A model generated the notes under the pieces. The model was not told where the DNA came from. It searched no databases and saw only the letters and a program-made list of their open reading frames with translations. DNA of 64,000 bases from Trypanosoma brucei (lineage: Eukaryota), in contig CM000208.1 in the NCBI GenBank assembly GCA_000002445.1, positions 3,744,001-3,808,000 of the forward strand, in the 5' to 3' direction. This document shows positions 30,453 to 42,500 of this stretch, piece by piece. Every line of letters starts with the position of its first letter. The stretch's first letter is position 1. Both the position numbers and the translations under genes were made by a program.

Positions 30453-33400
30453 GTGGCGGTAATGCTTTTCCTGGAACCTGAAGTTGATTATTTCAGGATG
30501 CAGCTGCATCATCTGGCGATTCCTACCAGCATATGCATACCCAGCGTCCCAAAAACCTCCCGCAATCCCGAAACAAGAGCAAATGGTGATCAAGAATGTG
30601 AAACTGGGGGCGAAAACGCCAAGGTGGACGGCACAGTCCCGTTTATCACACAGGAAGAACAAAACAAAGTTATACAACGTGCTCTCCGAGTGGCGCTCTA
30701 CCAGCGTTTTCCGTACGAAAGCTATGACACGCTAGAGAATGTGTATATTTTAGCTGTCACACATTTGGCTTTGCCGCTAATTGGTGACACGGGTTTGAGT
30801 TACGAGGACCTGGCAACTCTTGAAATTTGCGAGCATTCCCTTCCACCAGAGTTGAGGCATCGGACGTTCCCTTCACATCTTAACGCATTGATCGCACAAA
30901 GGAATCCCCCCGACAGTGGAAGTGTTATACAAGACAGAATGTTAGATCATAGCGCGACACAGGGCTCCTCGGAAGAGGGCACAGGGAAACAGCGCTTTAA
31001 CGACAGCTATTTTATTCTTATTCCTGATCTCACAGACGAGCAGGCGATGGTTTATTGTAAAGGAAGGCAGTATGCGGGCTCAATGCTGGGCAGTGGCAAG
31101 GCATCCGTTGGACCTGCGTCCGACGCTGCCCGTTTTTCCCGCAGCACCCTATGGGATGATGCACGGCATTCTCGTGCGAACGCCTTGGAAGGGCCCAGTG
31201 AAGATCTACTTTCCTTTCATGTGGTGGAGGGAGATATGATTCACTACGTGGAGACATCTCAGGGAGGTTTGAGCGAGCCAGCGCCACGTTCCTTGAGATT
31301 TGCCGCTTTCAAGGTGGCACTGAGTCAGTTTTCGTTTGAAGAACAGCAGTACTATACAAAGAAACGAGAGGAGGTACGCTCTCATGGTAGCACAACGACG
31401 CTCTGGGGATCGACACTACACTCCTCAGAGGCAAACGAAGTCCACATCAACAAAACAGTGCGGACCATTTTAGCTTCGGAAGTACCGGGGAGATGGCGTG
31501 CTGAAGAAGAGGAGGCAATGAAGAAGTTTTTTACCAAGTGTAACTCTGTTCTCAGGGCTTACTCAACCCCTTCCAGCCAGATGGATGATGCATCAAAGGG
31601 AGACGGCGGGGTGCTAGCCCCGAAACAGCCGGGGGCATCTGTCTCAGATGAACATAAAACAAGAAATGTGGCGGAATCTTTGGGGCAGACCGAAAGACTC
31701 TCTCATCTGTATGGGGTCCGCAGATTAGTTTATTCTTTCGCCGCGTGTGACTGTTACCATCTTGTTGCAGAGGATAACAACCCGCTTTACTACGCCAAGT
31801 CCAGCCGTGCTACATACAAGCCTCATACGGTAAATGTTACGCTGATCTCCGACCTAACTGTTTCGCCTCGGTTAACGCCCGCCTTCTCGGCATCGCCCCA
31901 ACGGTGCTTAGGAGCTCGAATCGGCACAACAAAGACTGTGGAAGGGCTCGTAGTATCGAACCAGCCTTCCCGTGCACAATCACCGGACATCAAACCATGC
32001 ACAGTGGGAGAGAAGTTTTCTGTAGGTTCCAAACGTCACAGCCAGTCCCCAGGAGTGTCTCCTCCGACGAGTGGCGCTCATGGAAGCGACTCGCATGCGC
32101 CGCTCCAGCGCTTACCGTCCAATACGGAGGGTTACCTCCGCCTTACAACTTCACTTGTGTGTAACAATGTCTCCGGTAACCTCAAACACAGGAAAGAGAA
32201 TCTACTGGAGAAGGGGCTTTCCTTCGGTCGGTTGAATCCGTGCCATGAGCAGGCCACGGAGGGCAATGTGAAATGTAGTAACGAGAAGGCTGTGTGTGCC
32301 GGCGATGTCGTCAACCTTTTTCGTTTACTAGCTACCTCATCCATTGCACAGCACCAACTCCGCCATAATGTTATACGTCCAGTTATTTCTGCTGCAGTTT
32401 TGGACAGTAGCGGCAATGCCGGAACCCGCGGAGCGCTGCACCGACATTATCAGCGGATAAAATGTCGTGCCTTATTGGATCACACATGGTACTCAATCCC
32501 TATCCAACCGGTTCCTTCGACGCAGGATGAGGTTCAGTGGATACCTATTGTGTTTGGGAGTGCAGAATGTATTAGTGATGTGGGTTATCGCACTGCAGTG
32601 CACATTGGCTTCTTTCCAAATGCGGAAGTCACTGATGACAGTGTGCGCGGCAACCCGTTGAGACCAAAAGGAACCGCATTCGCAACAGATGTGTCAAAGC
32701 AGTCTGCATCCCCGGGAACTGCCACGAGAAGTGCCATGATGCCGTTGGACACCAATCACGCGACGCTGCAAACAAGCTCTTCTGACGGAAGTAAGGGGTT
32801 ATGTTTCTCCGCACAACTGAAAACTGCAGTATCATCAAGCAACGAGGAAGTACCAGCTGGCGTGTCAGCAAGAAGGGGTGGTGTTGCCATGTCCTTCAAC
32901 ACAGGCAACGAGGAAGTACCAGCTGGCGTGTCAGCAAGAAGGGGTGGTGTTGCCATGTCCTTCAACAAAGGCAACGAGGAAGTGCCAGCTGGCGTGTCAG
33001 CAAGAAGAGGTGGTGTTGCCATGTCCTTCAACAAAGGCAACGAGGAAGTACCAGCTGGCGTGTCAGCAAGAAGGGGTGGTGTTGCCATGTCCTTCAACAA
33101 AGGCAACGAGGAAGTACCAGCTGGCGTGTCAGCAAGAAGGGGTGGTGTTGCCATGTCCTTCAACACAGGCAACGAGGAAGTACCAGCTGGCGTGTCAGCA
33201 AGAAGGGGTGGTGTTGCCATGTCCTTCAACACAGGCAACGAGGAAGTACCAGCTGGCGTGTCAGCAAGAAGGGGTGGTGTTGCCATGTCCTTCAACACAG
33301 GCAACGAGGAAGTACCAGCTGGCGTGTCAGCAAGAAGGGGTGGTGTTGCCATGTCCTTCAACACAGGCAACGAGGAAGTACCAGCTGGCGTGTCAGCAAG

Positions 33401-36400
33401 AAGGGGTGGTGTTGCCATGTCCTTCAACACAGGCAACGAGGAAGTACCAGCTGGCGTGTCAGCAAGAAGGGGTGGTGTTGCCATGTCCTTCAACACAGGC
33501 AACGAGGAAGTACCAGCTGGCGTGTCAGCAAGAAGGGGTGGTGTTGCCATGTCCTTCAACACAGGCAACGAGGAAGTACCAGCTGGCGTGTCAGCAAGAA
33601 GAGGTGGTGTTGCCATGTCCTTTGACACCGGCAATCTGACGGGGGTCGGAAGTGGGAATGTTGCTTGCTCTTCAGAACGAGAGATTGTCTTAAGGAGGAG
33701 TGCCATGGAAGGCGGTAGTGGTTGGGAGCAGCGTTGTTCGTCGGCGCTTTTCTCGCCAAGACCATATCGACCGACTTCTTTAAGAGTTTGGGAGCCGGGC
33801 GCTGACGATCAATCTAACTCCAATCGTTTTGAGCAAGGCACACGTGTGACATGTGCCGGGCCCCCGGCTGGCTTCTCTGCCACGTCAACTCCCTGGTGGC
33901 GATTGCCATCTCAAGGACCCAGGCGCGGGGATGGCGTTAACGCGGGGAGAGGTGAGTGTAGTACTGGTGGATTCTGTAACGATTGGCAACAATGTGACAC
34001 TTGTGGGGGCCGGTTTCCTCAGGGTAGTACTTCTAACCCGAGGTTTTGTGAGCACCTACAGTCACGACCAACAAGCGTGCTTAATACTTATGGAAAATTT
34101 TCCAGAAGTCACAGCCCCCATCCCTCCTACAACGCGATGCAACAGCGACAGACACAACATTACTCTACGATGGGCCGTGATGGACGTTTGCGGCCGCCAC
34201 ACACAGACCGCTGGGACAGCAATGATGTCAATGGTGACGTCTCGCCCAGGACCGCCACCGATCCGCTGAGAGGAACATTTTGGAAGTCGCCGACGCTCAA
34301 CCCTTCCAACCATCGAAACGGGGCAGATCCACTTCTTTCACCGTTATCGAGTCCGTCGTGCAGTGGCGTACTCACACCAAATGCAGGTCGGAGGCCGACG
34401 ATAGGTGAGTTCGCTGCAACCAACACCAGGTCCAGCGCATTCAATTGTCTAGCATCGTTCAAACATCACGGCGCCGCAACGGAAACTGGTAACCGCACGG
34501 CTAGTGGTCTCGAAAATAACTACCATGGACCTTCCTTTTGTAAGAACAGGGCAGGTGTGCCGACTAAACGGTCCGTCGTCCCCACCTTTGGCAGAATGGA
34601 TACTTTGTACGATAACAGTGCATCCGGCATACCCATTTATAACGAGTACGGCTACCCGCAAGGCGATTCTCGGGTGCGACCGAGGGGTATGCAGGTAATG
34701 GATATGATGTACGACCGCCAGTGGCAGCGGACGCAACCCCCGGCTCGCCTGCCGGTTGGTGCAGGACCCACTAATCGAGGTTCGCTAAGTACTTCATGGA
34801 CTAATACAACAAAAAATGGTGTTTGCGGCATGAGAAGGGCATGTTTGCCCGGAAAGCCACCACTCGCATCCACAAGACCAAACGGAGCTTCGAACACACT
34901 GAACAACGGCATTGCCCCCACGGCAGTTCGGCGCTTAACACTCCGCGAGCGAATACAACTCCAGCGGAGGCTTCAGCAACGAGAAGCAAACATAAGTGCC
35001 TTTGAGACGAATATAAAGGAAAACTATTGTGTGGGAAATGATGTAAAACGGTTTCGGACGGACGTTGGTGACCTTAGTTCCGCGAATAAAACAACTGCCA
35101 GCAATGGGGGGGAGAGAACGACAACGGAAACGAACTCGGCATGTGGTGCACGTACGGCTGCAGCATTGGCAGCAGTGACATTTGGGGGCGACCCTCCATC
35201 AAAAGGTTCCCTTCACTCCATTGGAAAGGATATTATGCGCTTGAAATCCCTTACGTCCCCATTCGCGGAGGCAGACGGGGTTAATGTGTCCTTTTGCCTA
35301 AGGGATTTAACCAATGCTTTTCTACGTATGCCTCAAAGTGAAATAAAGGAGTATGACCTCTCTAAAGCTGCGTGGTTGGAGGATGGGGTCTCGTGTTTCG
35401 TGTCCGCCAAGCCTACAAAATTTAATGGTGAGTTTGAAAACTATGTTAGGCACTTCAACTTTCACCAGCATCCGTTTTATTTGAGGGAAAGGGCCTTTTT
35501 ATTTGTTCTGCGAGTCCCCACTCAGCCGCAACTCCGTCTCATTATCGCCGTTCACAACATGCATGATTTTCTCTCAGTACTACGACAGCGGCCACTGCGA
35601 CCGCTAGAATCTTGGAGAGGACCGCATTCAATGGAAGAAGAAATGGGTGGTCTCAGTGGAAGGGAAAATGCCTCGCAACTTCCAGCTGATGAATGTAATT
35701 CAGGTCGGACCCGCACTTTCCTGCAGCGGCTGTGTAAATTCATGAAGAATTGTATTTCGGGGGGAAATGGCGGCGGCACCCAGCAAATGGGGTGGGCACC
35801 CATAACGTGGGGTCAGCGACTGGCTCTTCTGCGGATACAAGCGTCGGCGGCAGTACACGGCCAGGCATGGAGCGAATGCACAACTCCGTTACTCACAGAC
35901 CCGGTTGTACTCTACTCACGCATGTCATTTCTGTCGAACCGCACCGCCTCGTTCGCAGTGCTGCGCTGTCAGCTGGACACCCTCAAAGCGTTTGCCTCCA
36001 CTTGGATAAAGAGTAAAAGAACAACGGCGGACGAAAACCAGGTGCGGATGATACAAAACCGTATCAGTAAGGTAGAAAGTATACAATTGGGATGTGATGC
36101 CCCTACTGCTGGAATTGGTGAGCCCAAAACTTCTTCAAGCGGGGTACAGGCAGCTGGTCGTGTTCAGCAGCGGTTGAGATCTCTACCCCTCCGTAAAAGA
36201 ATGGGGGCTCCTTTCGCGTGGAAAAAGGCTGATACAACTTCGAATTCCGTGGAAAAAAAAGGAGAGACGCAGAGGCAGCCTCAGTTGAAATCAACGATTT
36301 CTTCGTATTCTTCATCAGCAAGTTTGTGCCGCTCTAAACCAGAAGTGGGAGGTGCTAATTCCTCAACGCCACCTGGTGGCGTTCCAGCCTCTGATGCCGC

Positions 36401-37661
36401 AGGAGCTGCAACTCCACTTGCGGACGCTGACGGCACTCTGATTCGGATTGCAGAGAGACTCACGTCATCCACCGATATAGTGAGCGGAAACAATCATTTC
36501 CCCCCAATGCGAACCATTTTGAAGCTAGTAACATTGTGGGAGCAAAATGCTCAGCGACAGAGGGCATTTAATGACTGTCCTGCAGAGCCCGCGCCTTACT
36601 CCTACGGAGGATCAGATACGGTGCTGGCTAGCAACCTCGGAGCCCGCGCAGAGTTGCGGGACCACCAGGACGATTATGATATTAGCGTCTCCCACATTCA
36701 GCAACTGCTGCAGTGGCAGTGGGAATACCACCAGAACAGCTATGAGGCATTGTCTTTACCTGTATTCCGTGGAGCGCTTGTGGCAAGCAGGGGCTGCCGC
36801 TATGGGAGCGATGCATGCAGTAGTGTGGATCCCAAGGTAATGGGTGTGAATCCCCTTTCCCGGTCACTGTTGCTCGCTCTGGTTAAGTGGGGGTGGCTAG
36901 TACCGATAGACTACAAAGCGTTGCACAAACGGGCCGTGCGTCACACTGCCGTCGGCGACAACATGCTATCACGCGTTCAATTTGGCTTCGGCGTGAGGCG
37001 TCGCACACTATTTGTGGGGGTGCTGGGGTTCACATGTTACCGCGGATGGGCCCTGAGTCTTCTTATTTTGTATGCTGCGTATCGCTGCTTCAAGTTGGCT
37101 GCAGTTGGTCTACTCAGTACCGGCGCACCGTGGCCCGCGCCTTTGCACTCGGGAACTTCTATCGTGTACAGTCGCTCGGAGGCAGCAGTGGAGGCTATGC
37201 TCGAAGAGCGGCAACACTTTCTCTCGCAGTTGCTTGCCACTCGCGTACTGCAAACTCAGCACTACGTTCACAACTTTGCAAGTCGTCTGGACATGCTTCT
37301 GCGGGGATACTCACCGATCCTTTCACTTATCATTGGTATCGAACTACTGTTTGTGTGGATTTTTTTTGCGTGTTGGAGCGGCGCCGCACGCGTTTCCGCT
37401 ACCTTCGGGGTCAATATAGACCTCCTCCATCAATATATGTCGGAGCTCATCTCTCCCTTACCGCTGTACGACAACGTCATGTGGTGCCTTACCTACATGA
37501 AGCCAAATGTGGCAGGCGTGGAGACCTTTTCTCTCGTTGCCCCTCTGTTTGTCGTCCTTTGTTTGATGACCCAGTCACCACTGCGATGGGTGCTGTACAA
37601 AACATGGGAAATGTTTTTGCATGATGACGCGCTCGTCCGACGTCCGGTGCTCTCTTTCTGA
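30453..37661 (+). CDS. Very large hypothetical protein (2402 aa) with about 14 tandem 19-aa repeats (GNEEVPAGVSARRGGVAMSFNT) and a C-terminal multi-pass hydrophobic region
   Basis: 7.2-kb uninterrupted ORF with an internal 57-bp tandem array at 32841-33633. C-terminal predicted TM helices include ILSLIIGIELLFVWIFFACW and FSLVAPLFVVLCLMTQ. Long polypyrimidine tract upstream at 30066-30178. Confidence 0.65.
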   Translation: MAVMLFLEPEVDYFRMQLHHLAIPTSICIPSVPKTSRNPETRANGDQECETGGENAKVDGTVPFITQEEQNKVIQRALRVALYQRFPYESYDTLENVYILAVTHLALPLIGDTGLSYEDLATLEICEHSLPPELRHRTFPSHLNALIAQRNPPDSGSVIQDRMLDHSATQGSSEEGTGKQRFNDSYFILIPDLTDEQAMVYCKGRQYAGSMLGSGKASVGPASDAARFSRSTLWDDARHSRANALEGPSEDLLSFHVVEGDMIHYVETSQGGLSEPAPRSLRFAAFKVALSQFSFEEQQYYTKKREEVRSHGSTTTLWGSTLHSSEANEVHINKTVRTILASEVPGRWRAEEEEAMKKFFTKCNSVLRAYSTPSSQMDDASKGDGGVLAPKQPGASVSDEHKTRNVAESLGQTERLSHLYGVRRLVYSFAACDCYHLVAEDNNPLYYAKSSRATYKPHTVNVTLISDLTVSPRLTPAFSASPQRCLGARIGTTKTVEGLVVSNQPSRAQSPDIKPCTVGEKFSVGSKRHSQSPGVSPPTSGAHGSDSHAPLQRLPSNTEGYLRLTTSLVCNNVSGNLKHRKENLLEKGLSFGRLNPCHEQATEGNVKCSNEKAVCAGDVVNLFRLLATSSIAQHQLRHNVIRPVISAAVLDSSGNAGTRGALHRHYQRIKCRALLDHTWYSIPIQPVPSTQDEVQWIPIVFGSAECISDVGYRTAVHIGFFPNAEVTDDSVRGNPLRPKGTAFATDVSKQSASPGTATRSAMMPLDTNHATLQTSSSDGSKGLCFSAQLKTAVSSSNEEVPAGVSARRGGVAMSFNTGNEEVPAGVSARRGGVAMSFNKGNEEVPAGVSARRGGVAMSFNKGNEEVPAGVSARRGGVAMSFNKGNEEVPAGVSARRGGVAMSFNTGNEEVPAGVSARRGGVAMSFNTGNEEVPAGVSARRGGVAMSFNTGNEEVPAGVSARRGGVAMSFNTGNEEVPAGVSARRGGVAMSFNTGNEEVPAGVSARRGGVAMSFNTGNEEVPAGVSARRGGVAMSFNTGNEEVPAGVSARRGGVAMSFDTGNLTGVGSGNVACSSEREIVLRRSAMEGGSGWEQRCSSALFSPRPYRPTSLRVWEPGADDQSNSNRFEQGTRVTCAGPPAGFSATSTPWWRLPSQGPRRGDGVNAGRGECSTGGFCNDWQQCDTCGGRFPQGSTSNPRFCEHLQSRPTSVLNTYGKFSRSHSPHPSYNAMQQRQTQHYSTMGRDGRLRPPHTDRWDSNDVNGDVSPRTATDPLRGTFWKSPTLNPSNHRNGADPLLSPLSSPSCSGVLTPNAGRRPTIGEFAATNTRSSAFNCLASFKHHGAATETGNRTASGLENNYHGPSFCKNRAGVPTKRSVVPTFGRMDTLYDNSASGIPIYNEYGYPQGDSRVRPRGMQVMDMMYDRQWQRTQPPARLPVGAGPTNRGSLSTSWTNTTKNGVCGMRRACLPGKPPLASTRPNGASNTLNNGIAPTAVRRLTLRERIQLQRRLQQREANISAFETNIKENYCVGNDVKRFRTDVGDLSSANKTTASNGGERTTTETNSACGARTAAALAAVTFGGDPPSKGSLHSIGKDIMRLKSLTSPFAEADGVNVSFCLRDLTNAFLRMPQSEIKEYDLSKAAWLEDGVSCFVSAKPTKFNGEFENYVRHFNFHQHPFYLRERAFLFVLRVPTQPQLRLIIAVHNMHDFLSVLRQRPLRPLESWRGPHSMEEEMGGLSGRENASQLPADECNSGRTRTFLQRLCKFMKNCISGGNGGGTQQMGWAPITWGQRLALLRIQASAAVHGQAWSECTTPLLTDPVVLYSRMSFLSNRTASFAVLRCQLDTLKAFASTWIKSKRTTADENQVRMIQNRISKVESIQLGCDAPTAGIGEPKTSSSGVQAAGRVQQRLRSLPLRKRMGAPFAWKKADTTSNSVEKKGETQRQPQLKSTISSYSSSASLCRSKPEVGGANSSTPPGGVPASDAAGAATPLADADGTLIRIAERLTSSTDIVSGNNHFPPMRTILKLVTLWEQNAQRQRAFNDCPAEPAPYSYGGSDTVLASNLGARAELRDHQDDYDISVSHIQQLLQWQWEYHQNSYEALSLPVFRGALVASRGCRYGSDACSSVDPKVMGVNPLSRSLLLALVKWGWLVPIDYKALHKRAVRHTAVGDNMLSRVQFGFGVRRRTLFVGVLGFTCYRGWALSLLILYAAYRCFKLAAVGLLSTGAPWPAPLHSGTSIVYSRSEAAVEAMLEERQHFLSQLLATRVLQTQHYVHNFASRLDMLLRGYSPILSLIIGIELLFVWIFFACWSGAARVSATFGVNIDLLHQYMSELISPLPLYDNVMWCLTYMKPNVAGVETFSLVAPLFVVLCLMTQSPLRWVLYKTWEMFLHDDALVRRPVLSF
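32841..33633 (+). repeat. 57-bp coding tandem repeat, about 14 copies, inside the 30453-37661 gene
   Basis: Exact periodicity of 57 bp. Copies 2-4 carry an aca-to-aaa (T-to-K) variant. The last copy is degenerate (FDTGNLTG). The array is open in all three sense frames and on the antisense strand. Confidence 0.95.
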
Positions 37662-38106
37662 ATTGCGCGGACAATCTGGTGGGAGGGCTGGTGGAGATCA
37701 GTCCCGTGAAATGTGGACGCTTTGTTGGGTAGGCCGCTAGCTCTTGGCTTTCCATTTTCGAGTCACAGAGGCGTGAGAGAAAATTTTTTCTTTTTGTTGT
37801 CTACTGAACTTTTGCTTGACGATGAGAAATTCATCTTTGCACCTTCGGCTTTACCGCCGTCGCCGAAGGCTATGTCACCGGGTGTGAAGGAAAGAGGAAA
37901 CCTGGTAGTTTTCTGTAACGTTTGTTTGCCTCTTCTATTTTCTGCTGTTGGTTCGTTAGGTGTTTTGCCACTGTTACCCGACCAACCGACCGGGGATTCT
38001 CCTTCACTAATTCCTTTAACCTCCGTATGTCCGTGGTGTATTTTTGGAAATGTAAAGTGAAAAGTATAGTGACTTTCCCAGGAAAAATAATATAGTCCAT
38101 CCACTC

Positions 38107-38826
38107 TTGTACCTCCTAATGCAATTTGATGGACGTAGTGGTGGAGAAGGTGATGCAGAAGGGGTCCAAGGTGCTGGGGCAGCTGCAGTTAACACCCCTA
38201 GCATCGTCAGTGATGACGAGCTGATGGCTTTAGAGAAGCGGGAGTCACTTATTGTACTTCAGGATGCGGTGTGGTCTGTCAGCTCCGCTAAGCATGGAAA
38301 CGGTGTCATGTGTCTTTTAGATGGATCGCACAACACGTTCTGGCAATCCGACGGTGTCGTCCCACATGTCATTTCCATTGATTTTGCGCTCCTCAAGCCT
38401 GTGGCAGCCGTCGCTTTGTATCTTGACTGTGCGGAGGACAATAGCTACACCCCGCGGAGGATGCGAGTGCAAGCTGGTACACACAATGGTGACATGGCCG
38501 ACGTTGCAACCGTGACAGTAGACGATCCGCGGGGTTGGGTACTCATTAGAATGCAGACTGAAGCCGAGACACCTTCCTCATGGAATACCCCTGCAGCACA
38601 TAGTGACGATGCTAAGGCGGATATCGAAAACGATATGCCCCTTGATAACGCTGATTTCGAAGAATTTATTCAAGATGGTGTGTGGTGCACGCGAGTACGC
38701 GTTATTGTGGAGGAAAACCGACAAGAGGGCCGCGATTGTCATGTTCGCGGACTCCGTGTTTTAGGACACATAAAACAAAGTCTTTTTACGACGGCCTCCT
38801 TCACACAGAACCTTCATCTTCGCTGA
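38107..38826 (+). CDS. APC10: Anaphase-promoting complex subunit 10 (APC10/DOC1 domain protein)
   Basis: The DOC domain aligns with APC10. [40 protein letters not shown] matches [64 protein letters not shown] matches [34 protein letters not shown] matches GRDTHMRQIKIY. Confidence 0.8.
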   Translation: [239 protein letters not shown]

Positions 38827-39511
38827 AATGCACGTACAGTTACGTGATGTCTATGATTTTTCAAATAGCCAACATGCTGCACGGAGAGCTCCATCAGTAG
38901 ATTTCACGGCATTCGTACAGAAGTACAGAGGAGGCTTACTCGTCACTCACCACACGAATTCTTTTGAAGCAAACAATGCATCTCACACATACAAACGCTC
39001 GTTGACGAATAAGTCAACGCAAGAGTGATAGAACCACATTTCAATCTTTTAAGGTTATCACCGTGTCCGCGGTATGAGAGTCGGGAGTGGGAAAGGTACC
39101 TTAAAGACCAGGGTGGGGAAAATGTAGGGAAATTTCGTGGCCGTGTTCTTTTTTTTCGTGTAAAAGTTAATCTCCTCTCTTCTCGTATTATTTTCAACGT
39201 TTACCTCGACAAACACTTGTGCACATATATATGTATATACGATACCACTACAAAATACACCTCTCCCTAACAAAGAGATGCATAACTGCTATCACCGCCA
39301 CAACATTAGACCGTGTACAATGAAGTACGGAACATAAATGGCAGAGAAAAAATATTTTACAGTATTTTCCCTTAACTATTTTACAACGCATCAACTATGA
39401 AGTTACTAGTGTAGCCCGGCATCGCCACACCGGCATCAACATAAAAACAAAAACCTGCAAGAACCAGACCACATCACACTACAACATACACAAATCAAGC
39501 CGTCCCATAAT

Positions 39512-42500
39512 ATGGCTGACTCAATTGATTACGAAAACGATTTCGAAGAAATAGTACTCTGCGATGTAACTCCAGCAGAAACACAATCAACAACAAACTC
39601 TGAGCAGTCACCGGGGCCTGAAAAAAAAGAAAACGAAGAAACACCATGTACACCAACAAAAATAAAAAAAGAATCAAACTCAACAACAATCTCAAACAAG
39701 AGCGGCACGACTCCAACAAAAGAATATATAAACAACAACACAAAACAATCAACGAATGCATCCCCTTTCTTGGAATCACAGACATCGGCTAGACTTACAT
39801 CTAATCACGAAGAGCTTTCGTCAGAAGCTAAACAACAGTTCCCTGTGGAGTCACCGAAGGAAGCAACTCCGCGTGTAGCCTCTCGTGCGTCTACGAAATC
39901 GTCGTCACCTCATGAGGATCCTTCACGTGCATCATCGAAGAAATCATCGGATGGTTCAATGCAACAAGATCTTCCGTGGTTGCAATCACAGACATCGGCT
40001 AGACCTACATCCAATCACGAAGAGCTTTCGTCAGAAGCTAAACAACAGTTCCCTGTGGAGTCACCGAAGGAAGCAACTCCGCGTGTAGCCTCTCGTGCGT
40101 CTACGAAATCGTCGTCACCTCATGAGGATCCTTCACGTGCATCATCGAAGAAATCATCGGATGGTTCAATGCAACAAGATCTTCCGTGGTTGCAATCACA
40201 GACATCGGCTAGACCTACATCCAATCACGAAGAGCTTTCGTCAGAAGCTAAACAACAGTTCCCTGTGGAGTCACCGAAGGAAGCAACTCCGCATGTAGCC
40301 TCTCGTGCGTCTACGAAATCGTCGTCACCTCATGAGGATCCTTCACGTGCATCATCGAAGAAATCATCGGATGGTTCAATGCAACAAGATCTTCCGTGGT
40401 TGCAATCACAGACATCGGCTAGACCTACATCCAATCACGAAGAGCTTTCGTCAGAAGCTAAACAACAGTTCCCTGTGGAGTCACCGAAGGAAGCAACTCC
40501 GCATGTAGCCTCTCGTGCGTCTACGAAATCGTCGTCACCTCATGAGGATCCTTCACGTGCATCATCGAAGAAATCATCGGATGGTTCAATGCAACAAGAT
40601 CTTCCGTGGTTGCAATCACAGACATCGGCTAGACCTACATCCAATCACGAAGAGCTTTCGTCAGAAGCTAAACAACAGTTCCCTGTGGAGTCACCGAAGG
40701 AAGCAACTCCGCATGTAGCCTCTCGTGCGTCTACGAAATCGTCGTCACCTCATGAGGATCCTTCACGTGCATCATCGAAGAAATCATCGGATGGTTCAAT
40801 GCAACAAGATCTTCCGTGGTTGCAATCACAGACATCGGCTAGACCTACATCCAATCACGAAGAGCTTTCGTCAGAAGCTAAACAACAGTTCCCTGTGGAG
40901 TCACCGAAGGAAGCAACTCCGCGTGTAGCCTCTCGTGCGTCTACGAAATCGTCGTCACCTCATGAGGATCCTTCACGTGCATCATCGAAGAAATCATCGG
41001 ATGGTTCAATGCAACAAGATCTTCCGTGGTTGCAATCACAGACATCGGCTAGACCTACATCTAATCACGAAGAGCTTTCGTCAGAAGCTAAACAACAGTT
41101 CCCTGTGGAGTCACCGAAGGAAGCAACTCCGCGTGTAGCCTCTCGTGCGTCTACGAAATCGTCGTCACCTCATGAGGATCCTTCACGTGCATCATCGAAG
41201 AAATCATCGGATGGTTCAATGCAACAAGATCTTCCGTGGTTGCAATCACAGACATCGGCTAGACCTACATCCAATCACGAAGAGCTTTCGTCAGAAGCTA
41301 AACAACAGTTCCCTGTGGAGTCACCGAAGGAAGCAACTCCGCATGTAGCCTCTCGTGCGTCTACGAAATCGTCGTCACCTCATGAGGGTCCTTCACGTGC
41401 ATCATCGAAGAAATCATCGGATGGTTCAATGCAACAAGATCTTCCGTGGTTGCAATCACAGACATCGGCTAGACCTACATCCAATCACGAAGAGCTTTCG
41501 TCAGAAGCTAAACAACAGTTCCCTGTGGAGTCACCGAAGGAAGCAACTCCGCATGTAGCCTCTCGTGCGTCTACGAAATCGTCGTCACCTCATGAGGATC
41601 CTTCACGTGCATCATCGAAGAAATCATCGGATGGTTCAATGCAACAAGATCTTCCGTGGTTGCAATCACAGACATCGGCTAGACCTACATCCAATCACGA
41701 AGAGCTTTCGTCAGAAGCTAAACAACAGTTCCCTGTGGAGTCACCGAAGGAAGCAACTCCGCATGTAGCCTCTCGTGCGTCTACGAAATCGTCGTCACCT
41801 CATGAGGATCCTTCACGTGCATCATCGAAGAAATCATCGGATGGTTCAATGCAACAAGATCTTCCGTGGTTGCAATCACAGACATCGGCTAGACCTACAT
41901 CCAATCACGAAGAGCTTTCGTCAGAAGCTAAACAACAGTTCCCTGTGGAGTCACCGAAGGAAGCAACTCCGCGTGTAGCCTCTCGTGCGTCTACGAAATC
42001 GTCGTCACCTCATGAGGATCCTTCACGTGCATCATCGAAGAAATCATCCGATGGTTCAATGCAACAAGATCTTCCGTGGTTGCAATCACAGACATCGGCT
42101 AGACCTACATCTAATCACGAAGAGCTTTCGTCAGAAGCTAAACAACAGTTCCCTGTGGAGTCACCGAAGGAAGCAACTCCGCATGTAGCCTCTCGTGCGT
42201 CTACGAAATCGTCGTCACCTCATGAGGATCCTTCACGTGCATCATCGAAGAAATCATCCGATGGTTCAATGCAACAAGATCTTCCGTGGTTGCAATCACA
42301 GACATCGGCTAGACCTACATCCAATCACGAAGAGCTTTCGTCAGAAGCTAAACAACAGTTCCCTGTGGAGTCACCGAAGGAAGCAACTCCGCATGTAGCC
42401 TCTCGTGCGTCTACGAAATCGTCGTCACCTCATGAGGATCCTTCACGTGCATCATCGAAGAAATCATCGGATGGTTCAATGCAACAAGATCTTCCGTGGT

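Noticed and set aside
32756-33706. 316-aa antisense ORF, and 274-aa and 253-aa alternate-frame ORFs, overlapping the 57-bp repeat array
   Set aside because: Pure consequence of a stop-free tandem repeat being open in every frame. The flanking non-repeat sequence closes these frames immediately.
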